A stretch of DNA of 64,000 bases, taken from NCBI GenBank assembly GCA_003344405.1, contig NOWV01000161.1, positions 62,001 to 126,000 on the forward strand, given 5' to 3'. Source of the DNA: Trichoplax sp. H2. Its lineage: Eukaryota. A program made the position numbers and the translations under genes. Below the pieces are notes generated by a model that did not search any database, was not told where the DNA came from, and was given only the letters and a program-made list of their open reading frames with translations. Numbering within the stretch: the first letter of the stretch is position 1; the number at the start of each line of letters is the position of its first letter. Of this stretch, positions 1 to 12,423 are shown piece after piece.

Positions 1-407
1 AGACTTTCACAATAAATCGCTGGTAACCTGTACTGGTCTCATTCGGTACAGTACAGTACTCATGTTCGTTCGCAGACAGACAGAAGAACAGACTTGCGCA
101 ATAAATCGCGCAAAAAAGCTATCACCCTTTTCGAGCATTTATTCAGTTAAAGCAACAAAAAAGCCCTCATAACGATGTGAAGAAGGTGACAGCTATTTTA
201 CACCGGATGGATTTCTGCATCTCTGAAATCCCTCTCCTGGAATATTAAGGCTAAGTTAGTCAGGAGTTGCACTGGAGCTACTAAAGCTGCTGCATCCCCC
301 TCTGTCTTGCTAAAATGTGCAAATTAAACGGTAATTAGAGAGATCGGGATTCTATTGAAAGCTTTCCTGTCGTCCTAGCTACCAATATTGATTGCATGCT
401 ACACATC

Positions 408-3400
408 ATGACCAACTGCGAACTGTTGATACGCTATTTACCATCAATTGCATCTGCAAGTGATATTAAAGAATTGTTATCCAATTTTGGTGCTACACAT
501 GTCCATTACTTTGGCCAACATGGTAAAATGGTGAGCTAAGCGTGCAATATTTCTAAATGTTAAACTGCACGAGCTGATATCAACTTACCAATAATGCATT
601 TCTACTTTAAACGAGCCGTAAAACCAGTATTGAACTCTTAGCGATCATGATAGGGATCAATTTCAAGTAGAAGCTTATTCTCTTCATTGATTTGACAATC
701 GCAATCCTAATCATTACTGTAGAATTATTTCATACAAATGATTATAATTATTATTCGCCTTTGATCCCCATTAGAACGATTTGGAAATCCTGTTTATTCT
801 TCCATTTTATAATAAATGTTTGTCTTTGATATAGAAAAATTGTGCTATTGCCAAATTCGATAACGAAAATACTGCTAAGCAGGTAAAAAAATTCGGGTCG
901 ATCTATCTTTCGATGTTAAATTATGTATCATAATAATTGTTATTAAATAATTGTTCGATATACACGTACAGTAAATACTAAAATGCTCACCTTTGAAGTA
1001 AATGAATCAAAGAAACTTAAATTGCTAATAGAAAATATAGCCAATGAATTTATTTTATGTGCTTATTTTCGCATACTACGGCATTATCTGTACTGTAAAC
1101 TAGGCCCTGCAACGACTTCATCAGTTGCAGATTTTCGACCAAAGATTAGTAGCCGTTTATACTACAGAAAAGGCTAGGAGCAATATAAAATCAAGCAAAG
1201 AATCTGTTAGGTAAGTTTAAATTAATTTTCACAAAACGCTGTACCTTAAGTGGTGTAATGACGAATCATCTTTGTATAATTGCTTGTAGTGATCTCGATA
1301 GCGATGATGACAAACACAGTAATACCAAATCTTCCCGAAATTCAAAGACTCAAGATCTATCCAAATCATTGCCTCCTGTAGCTGCTAATCTAGGGTAAAG
1401 TATACATAATTTCTTCAACATGGGATACAAAATGATGTTGTTATAATAGCCTACTCGTACCGTACTTTGGCCATAGATTTAAATATGTAAGATTTAATGT
1501 AGTATTATAATGTGATACCGACTCGTATTGTTGGCTACCGTTTCCTATCAAATGTTCACTAGCGTTATTCGTACTCTTTTTTGGCTAGCCTACAGTATTA
1601 TAATATAAGCTATCTTAACTATAATATTGTGCTTTACAGATTGAACTATCCTTCTCCACCAGACCTACATTACTTATACCCCGAAGCAAACATTATGATA
1701 TTGACTAACATTGTTAATGCTATGCTAGCAGTACCTAAATTCTATACTCAAGTAAGAAACGCCAGTTTGTATAAGCTATAACAATAATAACAATCAGTAA
1801 CGATATTAGATTTGCTGTATTAAATAATCATACATTGCAAAATCAATAGGTTTTACATTTGATGAATAGAATGAATTTGCCTCCACCATTTGCATTTCCA
1901 ACGCCAACCCCTCCTATGGTATGTTAAGGATCTTTTCCAAAAATTTTTGGTTCTTAAAACATAGATTCATCAATATACCATAATGTAGACCGAACGAGAT
2001 TTATCTTAGCTGATAACTCTTAAAAGTTATACTGCTCGTAATTTTAACTCAATAACCTCTAAGCGACATTCTAACACATAATTTTGCTATGCAGAAATCA
2101 AAACTAAACCAAGCGGTGGCTAATCAGAAAGAAAAAAATTCGTTACCAATATCTAGCGAAGAATCGGAAATTGAAAGCGAAGATAACGAAAGGTATTAAA
2201 ATCATTTTGTATAGCAAAGGGCATAATTGGAAAAGGAAATATTCTTATTCAAGCAAAGTAATGATAAATCGGCCTGTTATTGTCATGATACTACTATAGT
2301 TTAGCAACAAACGTAACCTCCAGAAAAAGATCACGTACCGGTAGTAAACCTGCAAACTTCAGCAAACAGTTGAAACTACCTAAAATCAATCAAGCAACTG
2401 TGCTCCCAGCATCTAATAATAAATCTTATGATGAACAATATAAAGGTAAGTACCAGAATTAGATAATGAATTAAAATGGCTTCCAAATAATCAAATGCAA
2501 AGTTCTAATCGTTATCTGTTGTATTATAATGGTAGTATTGTCAACGGTTGACGAAGTTTTTGAAAATTTTGATAAAGAAAAACGTAGTATTACAGAATTT
2601 AGCTTGCAAGATGCTATACAAAATGCCTACAATAGAAATTTAGGAGAAAAACTTGAGTTGGCGGTAAAGAATACTTTGGTTATCATCTATATTTATTGCC
2701 ATATTCATTAAATCGCGTAATCGTAGTTTCCTGACACTTAGTTAATATTTCTCGTATTGGCCTCATAGGGAACTTTAGCATCAGAAAGTGGTGCAGGCTT
2801 TGGAACATTTGCTCCGATCGTACCCATCACTGAATATACTTCCAATGTCGAAGACGATATGAATGATTCTATACGACTTGAAGACCTAAGAGCTAACCGA
2901 ATGTCTAAAATAGGTAACAAATATTTCACTATCCCAAAACATCGGTCTCCTTTGGCTATTCTAATTGTACTGTTAATATTGCACCTTTCAGAACTTCAAA
3001 AGTTATCAGTATATCAAAATTACGAACGTAAAGAACCCACAGGTCGATTATATGTTAAGAATTTGTCTGATAAGGTCAAAGAATCGGTAAGCTCTCTTAT
3101 CAATCGAATGCGTGCTATGAAATGACTATAAACTAACCTGTTTTTTCTCAAAACTTCACGTGTATAGGATTTGATATATATTTATAGCCGATTCATCAAT
3201 AAAGATGACAACAGCCACCTAGACCGGTAATCAAACGTTAATGTCAGAAATTATTCACTGTTATACTGTACAATTCGCTGGAACCGGGATCAATTCAGTT
3301 AAAACTAAAGTATGAAATCGTATTTATAGATTTGATGTTAGATTATTGACACGGGGTCGGATGAAGGGCCAAGCGTTTGTAAACCTGCCAGACGAAGTTG

Positions 3401-3584
3401 TTGCCACAGAAGCTGTCAATGAGACCCATGGTTATGTATTACATGGCAAACCGATGATAGTAGTAAGTTCTGCTACATTGCTTACTATAACTCTACATCA
3501 CTTGTTTCGTGTAACTACACTAACTCTTTATGGCTACATATTTTATTGTAGGATTTTGCTCAATCAGCCAAAAAGAAAGATTAA
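408..3584 (+). CDS. RNPC3: RNA-binding region-containing protein 3 (U11/U12 snRNP 65K), ~14 coding exons
   Basis: Spliced translation gives an N-terminal RRM (MTNCELLIRYLP...ELLSNFGA...KNCAIAKFDNENTAKQ ALQRLHQL) and a conserved middle block (YLYPEANIMILTNIVNAMLAVPKFYTQ VLHLMNRMNLPPPF). The C-terminal RRM reads EPTGRLYVKNL...GRMKGQAFVNLP...ETHGYVLHGKPMIV DFAQSAKKKD*. All introns read GT-AG. Confidence 0.93.
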
Positions 3585-4865
3585 TCCGTCTTTATCATGG
3601 ACTCAATGTAAAAAATCGATAATTACTGTAAAGTAAAAATCTCACGTAGTATATCATGCATTTGTGTATAAATATAGCTTACTGTGTAAAGTACCGACGA
3701 CCTTTACATGATTCATTAATTTCTTATGTAGTGTAAATAAGAGTCTATCGAAACGGAATCTAAGATCTCCTTCTGTATGTATACAGGACAACATGCATGA
3801 CTCTACGAGTATACCTAATCACAGTCAATTTCATAGTAAAACTTCCATTTCAAAATGATGTTTGATGCTCTTAAGTCTTAATAACGATAATAATTCTATG
3901 ATCATTAAAGCATAAGAAATTTTAAAGTTATACTGACAGAATTCGATAGTCTTAGATATATTGATAGGTAGAGTTTTTTGGATTAGCTTTAGCAGAAGGT
4001 ATCATAAGTTGTGATCCATAAGGTTTAATCTTAAATTCATTGAAAGATCCTTTTGACAGTAGATACCGTTTGACAAATATGATTAACGGGAATATCTGTA
4101 CATTTGGTAATGTAGTCACCTGTTACATAATGCTACATTATAGAAATTTTTAACTTACAGTTAATAATTCGATTATAATAATTATTAATACTATATTCTG
4201 TAGTTTACAGGAAATAAGTTTTAAAATTGTCTATTTTCAATTCAGAATTTCTATTTAGATGGCGATATATCTCCCATCGTACTGATAATAATTATATATG
4301 TCAATATGTCACGGTCCATGTAAGGGCCCTATAGAATGCCCGACACTCCGGGCAATCTACGAGAAAATCTCCTTTTTTACAATCATATATATCAGGAAAT
4401 GACATGCAATCAAATTGATAACTACATTACTTAAACTTAATACGAATATGGATACCAAAGATTTTACTGCAGAAACTGGCGTTAAAGCATAGGCTGAAAT
4501 GGTATCAAAATATCATGCACTATGTCTGTATAGTAATGTATACTTTGCAAATTGTCGCCCTATAGTAGTTTGTGTAGTATTAGCAATCATATAGTATCTA
4601 AGGTAAATAACAATATTTCAACAAACGAGCAATTAATAGAGATAGGGAAATGCCAGGCTACAGATAGTATGTATACCCACAAATATGAGAAAGCATATAA
4701 CAATTTCTCCCTCAATGCCAATGTTTACATCATTATGTCCACTGATTGAATAATAGGCAATCATATAAAGCAATCATTATTCCAGGCCACTAGAATAATA
4801 GGTACACCAGGTACTAAAAATTCAATCAATAAAACTGATTGCATGCTACAAAGTAGACGGTACAT

Positions 4866-7800
4866 TCATACAATCCTATTACTGCATAACGTATATCTGT
4901 CGATCGTGTCAAGCGTTATTACTGGTTTAACGCGTTGTCGCAGCTCGGTATCCGAAGAAGTATTTACATCCTTCTTTGATGATCTATCGTATGGCGCAGA
5001 TACAGAATCGTGACGTTCCGCTTTTGTATTCTTGCTATCAGCCTTGCATCTACGTTCCTTTGCTTTTCTTAGGTAATGAGCAGCGTTGGCTAATATAAAC
5101 CTGCTATTGACTATTTTCGTTAAAATTAGCCTGGATAAGATTGAAATAAATTAAAAATTCTGTATTTGACGTTATCCCTAAATAGTATGATCTAGCAGTT
5201 GTTTCTATTTGCTTAAAAGTTTGTAATACTTACATTAAGTAAACAATGGTAGCTATAAATACTTGATATTTCCCAGTAATTGTGATCGACTGCGCCATAA
5301 CACGATAGATCTTTACAAATAGATAAAAGCTTAGCGTCAAACTTGTTTTTCGTTAATTTATGCGTATAAATAAGACCTACCAAACACCCTATAGGCAAAG
5401 GCGTCAAGCCCATCCTTCTACAGATTAAATCTGAATGATGAGAATGAGACTATAGCCGCATAATAAAGAAATGTTGGTATTTAGATAAAGATATGACAAG
5501 GAAATCGCAGTAATATCATAAGTTCAAGGACAAAAAAAAACGTTAAAATTCTCTTATAGCTATTGGACGTACATCTAAACGTCGGCTAACCGCCACATCT
5601 CTAGCAAGTGCTTCTCGATAGTCCAAGTACACCTATGAAAATAATTGAGTAATGATTCAAGCGATAAAAATGGCAAATATAGCGTAGCTATGGATTATAC
5701 TTGAGCTAACCTCCGCCGAAATGTTATTAAATTTCGTAATAAATGCATGTTTAACCCAGTCAACTAAAACCTCGGATACCATAACCATCAGGAAGTCAGG
5801 CACTAATTCCCAAAAATAATCTATAAGAAATGTTAAGAAAATTTGATCACATCAAATACCAGTACATAAATTTTTTTGAGCCCGCAGCTACCTAATTTCA
5901 AATGATGTTTATGACGATGTAATAACTCACCGGTACTATACGCATATTGAGTTAAGTTTCGTAAGCAAACAATGCTAATTAAAATAAAATTTTGAAATCT
6001 TTCCCTAGCATCTGAATAAGGAGACGTGCCGTTAAATGCGCCAATTTATGCAAAACGTAAGTTTTATGGACACAAATAACAGTGCAAAAACTCTCCATAT
6101 CTTCAAATCTTACCGGCACATGACATTTGATATAAGTTAAAGCGATCGAATCTTTTGAAAACGCTACCTTTTAATTCAACAAACTATAAAATGGAATGAG
6201 AATTTAGATTAGTCTTCCAATATAAATGGTACTAAAAGGTTAGTCTATGTACCCGAACTCGCACGATTATCAAAATACTGACCTGATTTGATACTATAAT
6301 AGTAAGTAAGGCTTTACTATGTGAATTGACAGCTACATTCAGCGTAACCGATTGAACCAACACCAGTATAGTATGGAGAACTGGCACAAAGAGCTTACGT
6401 TAAAGAAATAACTCTAAGCAGATACAGTTGATTAAATCAAAGGCATAGAAACGATTTCGCTTCAAGAATATAAATTAAAATAATTGTGAAATAGACCACT
6501 ACCCATAATAGATCAAACAACTTTTAACTTAATTTTTATAGAAGTGCATTAGGATACAAACATATAAGACACATAAAATGAAATATTGGATGACTTGAAA
6601 TTTGTTTCCTTTTCCTTTTTTAAATTGTGTAGTAGTCCAAAACAGAGTATCTAATATGTCTTGGCCAAATGAGGCGAACAACTTGTCTAAGATCTAATCA
6701 ATAAATTGAAATGATAGATTGTAAACATATTACATAACACATCACTATTTCGTATGAAATATCATAATCGTATTGCTGCCACTTCTTATAGTAATTACTA
6801 TCTGATAATAGAGAACAATAAAATGATACTCACATCTAAAATATTAAAAATGACATACAGTTTGATAACTGATTGGCCACGTATAACATGATAAATTACA
6901 GATATATCCAAATTTCGTATAAATATGCAACAAATTAGAAAGACCAAACCTACAATAACGAGGAAATCAAAAAAAATGATGAGTTATAATTGAATCAGTA
7001 AACGAGCTGTAGCTAACATCTACAATTGACCAGCATATACAGTATTCGATAATCTAAATTAGTTCTTCTAGTTGCTGGTATTTTTGGAAAGGCTACTACA
7101 CATCCAATTATTAATTTTGTGTAGAGATGTCATAATCAATTCAAGAAATGATGATGATTATCTTTAACAATTGTACACTTACCACGTAGTACATCGCATA
7201 TTTGATAGGAATAGAGGGTTAAATTCCTAATTATAAAGAATACTATATTAGTTTGTCATTAGATAGGTACGTGACATTAAAAATAACGGCTGTATTAATT
7301 AAAAGTTAAGCCTAGATTTTGTAAATGGCCAAATGAAAAACAGTCAGGTATTGTAATTTAATAACGTAGCATTCTTATTATGACATATTTTGATATCGGC
7401 ATACAGCATTGTAAACCCTACAATCATCGACTAATGGGTATACGAAGTGAACTAAATCGCCTACTAGCCATTATAAAAACAATTCCAGTTCCATCAATTG
7501 TTACAAAATCGCAAAGATTTTTATTACCTGAAAAAGTACAATGCAGCCATGATAATCCGGATAGGCAATAACGTGAAAATGAACAAAAAGGAATCCAAAC
7601 AGAGTAGGAAGCCAATCGCTAACGTCTGTAATAACAGAAGAGGATAGTAAAAAGTACATAAACGATAACGCTAATTTCTGCGATACTTTTTCAATACAAT
7701 GTAGTACGAGTTATACGGTATTTCGGATTGTAACAGGCAGTAATATAACATCTCGAATTTGTATTAAGACTTGATAGAATGTTAGGGTACAAAGTGTAAG

Positions 7801-9820
7801 ACTGATTGATTTACATCATTGTACACTGTTGTTATGCACCATACGACTTCGAGTTTATTAATTTTAGCCCTAGAATGATAATGTCTAATCCCAAATAATG
7901 ACGATAAGTCAATACTATTTAATTGAATTAACTTGATACACTACTACAATATATTGTTGATAACGAGCAATGTAGTACGTCATTTTACGGGTCTGCAGCT
8001 TTACAATATATCTAGTGTATCACCGCAAAAGGTAAAAAATTGATATTGGTATTGACGGCGTTAAGAGTTCTTATCACCTATCAATTCGTCAGGTAATCAA
8101 CTATACCTACACTAGAACATACGGTAGTAACTTCTACAGTATACAGAGTCCATTACATCTACAAAGTCATATGCGAATAAACACTTAGGAAGCGCACGAT
8201 TTTATCAATTCACTTTACAGCAAATTAATTATCGATATTTTTTAATATACACGGTTAGATTAATCACCTTTTCTAGTTCACGAGGCGTTTTCATAAATGT
8301 CTGAATCTTGAGAAGCCCAGATGAATAGCTGTCACTATGATAATCAGGTGCGAAACCGCGCATAAATTCATGAGCCATGAACTGTGACCACGGTAGTCCT
8401 AAAATGAATATAAATAAGATTGATGAAGGATCACAATGCAATCATTATCCATTGATGAATATCATTCAAAGTGTTTTAAATCGATACTCTTGCCCTCTTC
8501 CAGATATTATAAATCTAGTGCAGTAGCTCTTTTCACAAAGTCTCTACTCCTATCTCTAAGTTACGAGTCGATCATACAGGAAATCTCGTACGTAGTCCAG
8601 TAGATTACTTCAAAAGCATATAGATAGTCCTACCCTACACACCATACCGATAATGGGTGATGCAGTAGGCCGTATTGTAACGATGACTCTACTGATGGCC
8701 TCTATTATACAGAAATAAGTGCTGCAAAAGACCATTATGTAAGGTATGATTTTACTTTTGTCCGACATCATATCGCCTTTACTATATTATATCGAAATTA
8801 GGTAGTACACGTAGTGAGTTACTTTCTAAATCTGAAGGTGCTAATACTCTTATTGTAGAAAATTATTACGTCATGGTAGAAGTACTGTATGAAGATACTC
8901 TTGTCCAACAGTATTTCAAACAAAAGTAAGTGGTTCAATGGTGGTAGATCATTTAATATACAGTAGGCTAATTTTATTCCTGTTCAATATTCTACAGGAA
9001 ATACGTAGTATAGCAAGTCAATGTATTCAATGCGTTTATAAGACGAGCTACTGTAGGTTAATATCATTACAGAAAATGCATTTTACTATATGCATAATTG
9101 TAGTTTTGAACCTCAAGACTTTTGTCATTATCTCATTACTTTGCCATCCTACCGAAGATCTACATGCACTACAGGCAGCAGCATGGTGATAATAGCCTTG
9201 CCTACATCAATCATAAATACATAACGCAATAGAAGATGATTGCATGAAGATCGAAGGGAATGATGTTGCAAGGCATGGGTATGTTTACGAGGCTATCAAT
9301 AAAGGAGAAGTTTGATGGATTGTGCACACGATGACAAAAATAAATCCCAACGCAGCAATCCATTAAAGCGATTATAGCATGTGAATTCCTTCTTGTATCG
9401 TCTACACACAACTTGTATTCAATCTTCTTAGTCATAGAAAGATAGGGCATTACAAAACTGTGATTCCACTTTACTCTATCTTCTAGTTTAAAACGATTCA
9501 AGAAAAAAAATCTAATGAAGGGAAAGAATGCTTGCTACCTACTTAGCAACGTATTCATTGCTAGAGCGTATCACGGCATATAAATGAGCAAAAGCGATTG
9601 CATGATTACTTTCCTACTAGGCTCTACAACTGAATGAGCACTTATGCATGGTTTAGTATGAACAGAGAAGTGCAGGCTAGTCGATTAAAATTCCTTCCTC
9701 TCTCTCTCTCTCAACACGACAGTATCTCACAATCATTAATGACAGACCTCTTATTTCATTCAAAAGGCGTTCATTTTGATCAGCTTCCATTTCTTTGGCA
9801 TCGTCTTCTTCTTCTGCCAT
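4866..9820 (-). CDS. TAPT1: Transmembrane anterior posterior transformation protein 1 homolog (DUF747), ~14 exons
   Basis: Minus-strand exons encode KTPRELEK, GFLLCLDSFLFIFTLLPIRI, YHVIRGQSVIKLYVIFNILD, ILDKLFASFGQDILD, TLNVAVNSHSKALLTIIVSNQ, RRMGLTPLP and the C-terminal IDRYTLCSNRIV*. Exon 1 (9748-9820, MAEEEDDAKE...) is inferred from phase-1 compatibility with exon 2 and is less certain. Confidence 0.92.
6381..6557 (-). other. U12-type (minor spliceosome) GT-AG intron in TAPT1
   Basis: Donor is GTATCCTAAT. A branch-point-like TTTCTTTAAC lies ~20 nt before the CAG acceptor, with no strong polypyrimidine tract. Splicing restores VLYV-F-LHTIL. Confidence 0.8.
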
Positions 9821-9920
9821 GGCTCTTTCAACTTGAGCAACGATGAAGTAGCCAAGTCAGGAGGAGTTTCGTGATCTACGAACGAAAGTGATAGCCCGTT
9901 GTCCTGGTTGCGTAGAGATA

Positions 9921-9986
9921 CGTACCGTACCGTATCGTACCGTTCCGTACCGTACCATTCCGTACTGCGATGGGACCGGTACGGTA
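9921..9986. repeat. (CGTAC)n pentanucleotide microsatellite just upstream of TAPT1
   Basis: Nine near-perfect CGTAC units at 9921-9965, followed by an inverted GTACGGTA copy. Confidence 0.85.
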
Positions 9987-10854
9987 GTCCTAATCGAAGA
10001 GAACCTCCCAAGTCCAGTTCCAGTACAGTACTAGAACTGCTATGTAGGCTAAAAATGACCAATACATCATTTCCATACGCTACCCTATATTGTACACGAC
10101 TGTATACTACAGTAGAATGGCGTTCTTTGTTCGAAACGATACTCGGTAGTAACAGCTCAGTAATAAAAGTCCTCCCCCCTCTTACCCCCACTCCAGTAAA
10201 AATAGAATTGATCCTTCTTCTCCATTTTTTGGACTGGGATTATTACTTGAGAGATCGCTGGCCTATGGCACTGGTAATAACGTATAGTAAAACTATTCAG
10301 TATACAGTACTACCAAGTCAGTATTTCCTAAATATTAATAAATTCTTTCTTGACAACATGAGATCCCGTTCCATGCATGCAGTGCTACAATATACGCGTA
10401 CATGTTTTATCCCAATCAAGCTGGCTATCCATAGGACGAAATGATCCATTTGAGTCATTCAAAAGTTGAAATTCTGCTGATGATTCAACTTCAATATCGC
10501 TTTATTGTAACTTTCGAATAGCTTGTGCAATGGTAAATATCCAGTATTCTTCGTTGAGATCATGTACTGTAGGTCTAAACTTCCTAGATTTGTCTCGGTA
10601 TACTGTACTGTACGCATATTATAATGTAGCATAGACAACTGTGGATGCACCATCACGAAATGGTACAATACTGTCAATCTCGTAGTCCATCACTGTAGTG
10701 AAGGATTCGTGGTAGATTTTTAGACTGGAACTATTCGTGGTCTCTGTTTTAGGTGAGCGTAGTGCAGCCTTGATAATTGATTGCATTTGCCGATGAAGGT
10801 GTTGTAATTGTGTTTGAGCATAGCCTTTCGTACATCTCATTTTTGGTTGTATAG

Positions 10855-11102
10855 ATGAACGTGACCGTATGCGAAATGACAATACGGACAGACAGTTTGC
10901 AAACTGCCCGTGTATTTTGCAAAATGACAATACGACAAGACATTTTGTAAAATGCCCGGTCACTTTGCAAAATGTTAAGCAGTATAGTCATTTTACAAAA
11001 TGCTTTAGCTTCAGTAGCGGTCATTTTGCTACAACAATTTTAAATCTTTTAATCCTAAGGGCAGTTTGTAAAATGACCGATTTCGCATACGGTCACGTTC
11101 AT
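10855..11102. mobile_element. MITE-like non-autonomous DNA element (248 bp)
   Basis: Perfect 23-bp terminal inverted repeats ATGAACGTGACCGTATGCGAAAT (10855-10877) and ATTTCGCATACGGTCACGTTCAT (11080-11102). The interior has ~7 copies of a CATTTTGCAAAATG-type 14-bp palindrome. No unambiguous TSD. Confidence 0.75.
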
Positions 11103-11769
11103 ATTGTCATAAAAATGAATAAAATGATGGTAAACATCAACTTCTTGCCAAGGAGCTCATTTAAAATACCAAGTAGCTTTAGCATTAACAATAGTCATCC
11201 ACTATAGCACGAACAGACGGATCAATATGGATGGACTTACTGTTAGATCAAGTTGCCCTAGGAGTTCTTAAACACATGTATATTGTGGAACTCAAGCTAA
11301 GTACAGTGCGATCAGAGCATTGTATGCATAAATGGAATGGGCTGTTGCTATTGTATAACAGGCTACACAGTGCAATATTACTACAGTAAACAACAGCTAT
11401 TGGAGTTAGTTTAAATGGTTTGAGTAAGTAAGTTACATGCACTGTACTCAGACTAGTTCAGATCATTTTTTATAAACGCGTAGTATAATTTATTTTTACC
11501 AAAATGCTACCCTACAGAGTTGTATATTTGTTGTATTGTATTAATGTACAGTAATGCGATACTGTACAGTGTACACTTCAGTATATGTGCAATGCCAGTA
11601 TATCAATCTTATTATATAATTTAAAAAAATTATAATGATATGCCAGTCAATCATAATTTACTGTACAAGTATTATTTATATACATTTAAATCTCTGATAT
11701 ACTATATACATAACAATATTGTAGTAATTTCAGCTAACAAGAGTAGTAACATCTATCAGTGATATGAAG

Positions 11770-12423
11770 TAAGCACTTGGTGATATGGAATAATCTATTA
11801 TGCTTAATAAAGTAATTGTAGATACTATGGTAAAGCGTGCTAAAATCCATAACACACGAGTCGTATACAAATCCTTATAATAGAAAATACAGTTAAGTGA
11901 ATAACCCGACAAACTTTGCACAATGGAGCTATGTCATTGCTAATCCTTACGAGAACTGCATACACTGATATAATTCGAAATTCAATTTCGCCAATTTTAC
12001 ATATAGATAAACCTCATACAGTAACTATTGCAATTCATTTGAATGGTTTGAATAATTAATTTGCATGTATACAGACCAGTTCAGATTATTTTAAAGAAAT
12101 ACGTAGTATAATTTACTTATACAAAGCGCTACCCCACATAATTGTATGTTGTAGCGATTCAGCTTATTGTAGTAGCAATATCTATGAGTTATAATGACAT
12201 AAGCACTATGTTACATAGAATAATCTGTTATGCTTAATAAGATTGCAGTAGGCGACATGATGAATCGGGTTAAAATCCATAAGATAGACAACCCTTTACA
12301 ATAAAACATACAGTTTAGTGAATAAACAGATAGGCTTTCCATGGAAATTTATGTTATCGCTAGCGCTTATGGAGGTATCATACATAGATCTAGTTAGAAA
12401 TTTAAAATCCGCCAATTTTATAC
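11770..12423. repeat. Diverged direct duplication (~230 bp, two copies ~430 bp apart)
   Basis: Shared blocks TAAGCACT...GAATAATCT.TTATGCTTAATAA...TAAAATCCATAA...ATACAGTT.AGTGAATAA...CGCCAATTTTA at ~11770-12003 and ~12201-12423. Confidence 0.7.

Noticed and set aside
3584-4865. USSE (tandem U12 5' splice sites that autoregulate RNPC3/65K in other animals)
   Set aside because: No tandem RTATC(C/T)TT pair was visible in the 3' region or introns on reading by eye.
9760-10444. Overlapping ORFs 9760-10191 (-) and 9899-10444 (+)
   Set aside because: They are partly produced by the CGTAC microsatellite and show no recognisable protein family. The plausible coding part is TAPT1 exon 1 in another frame.
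10459-11207. Cluster of four short ORFs as a possible transposase remnant
   Set aside because: Three ORFs run through the palindromic MITE interior (repeating FCKM/HFTKC words) and no DDE or other motif is recognisable. BLASTX of 10100-10850 would settle it.
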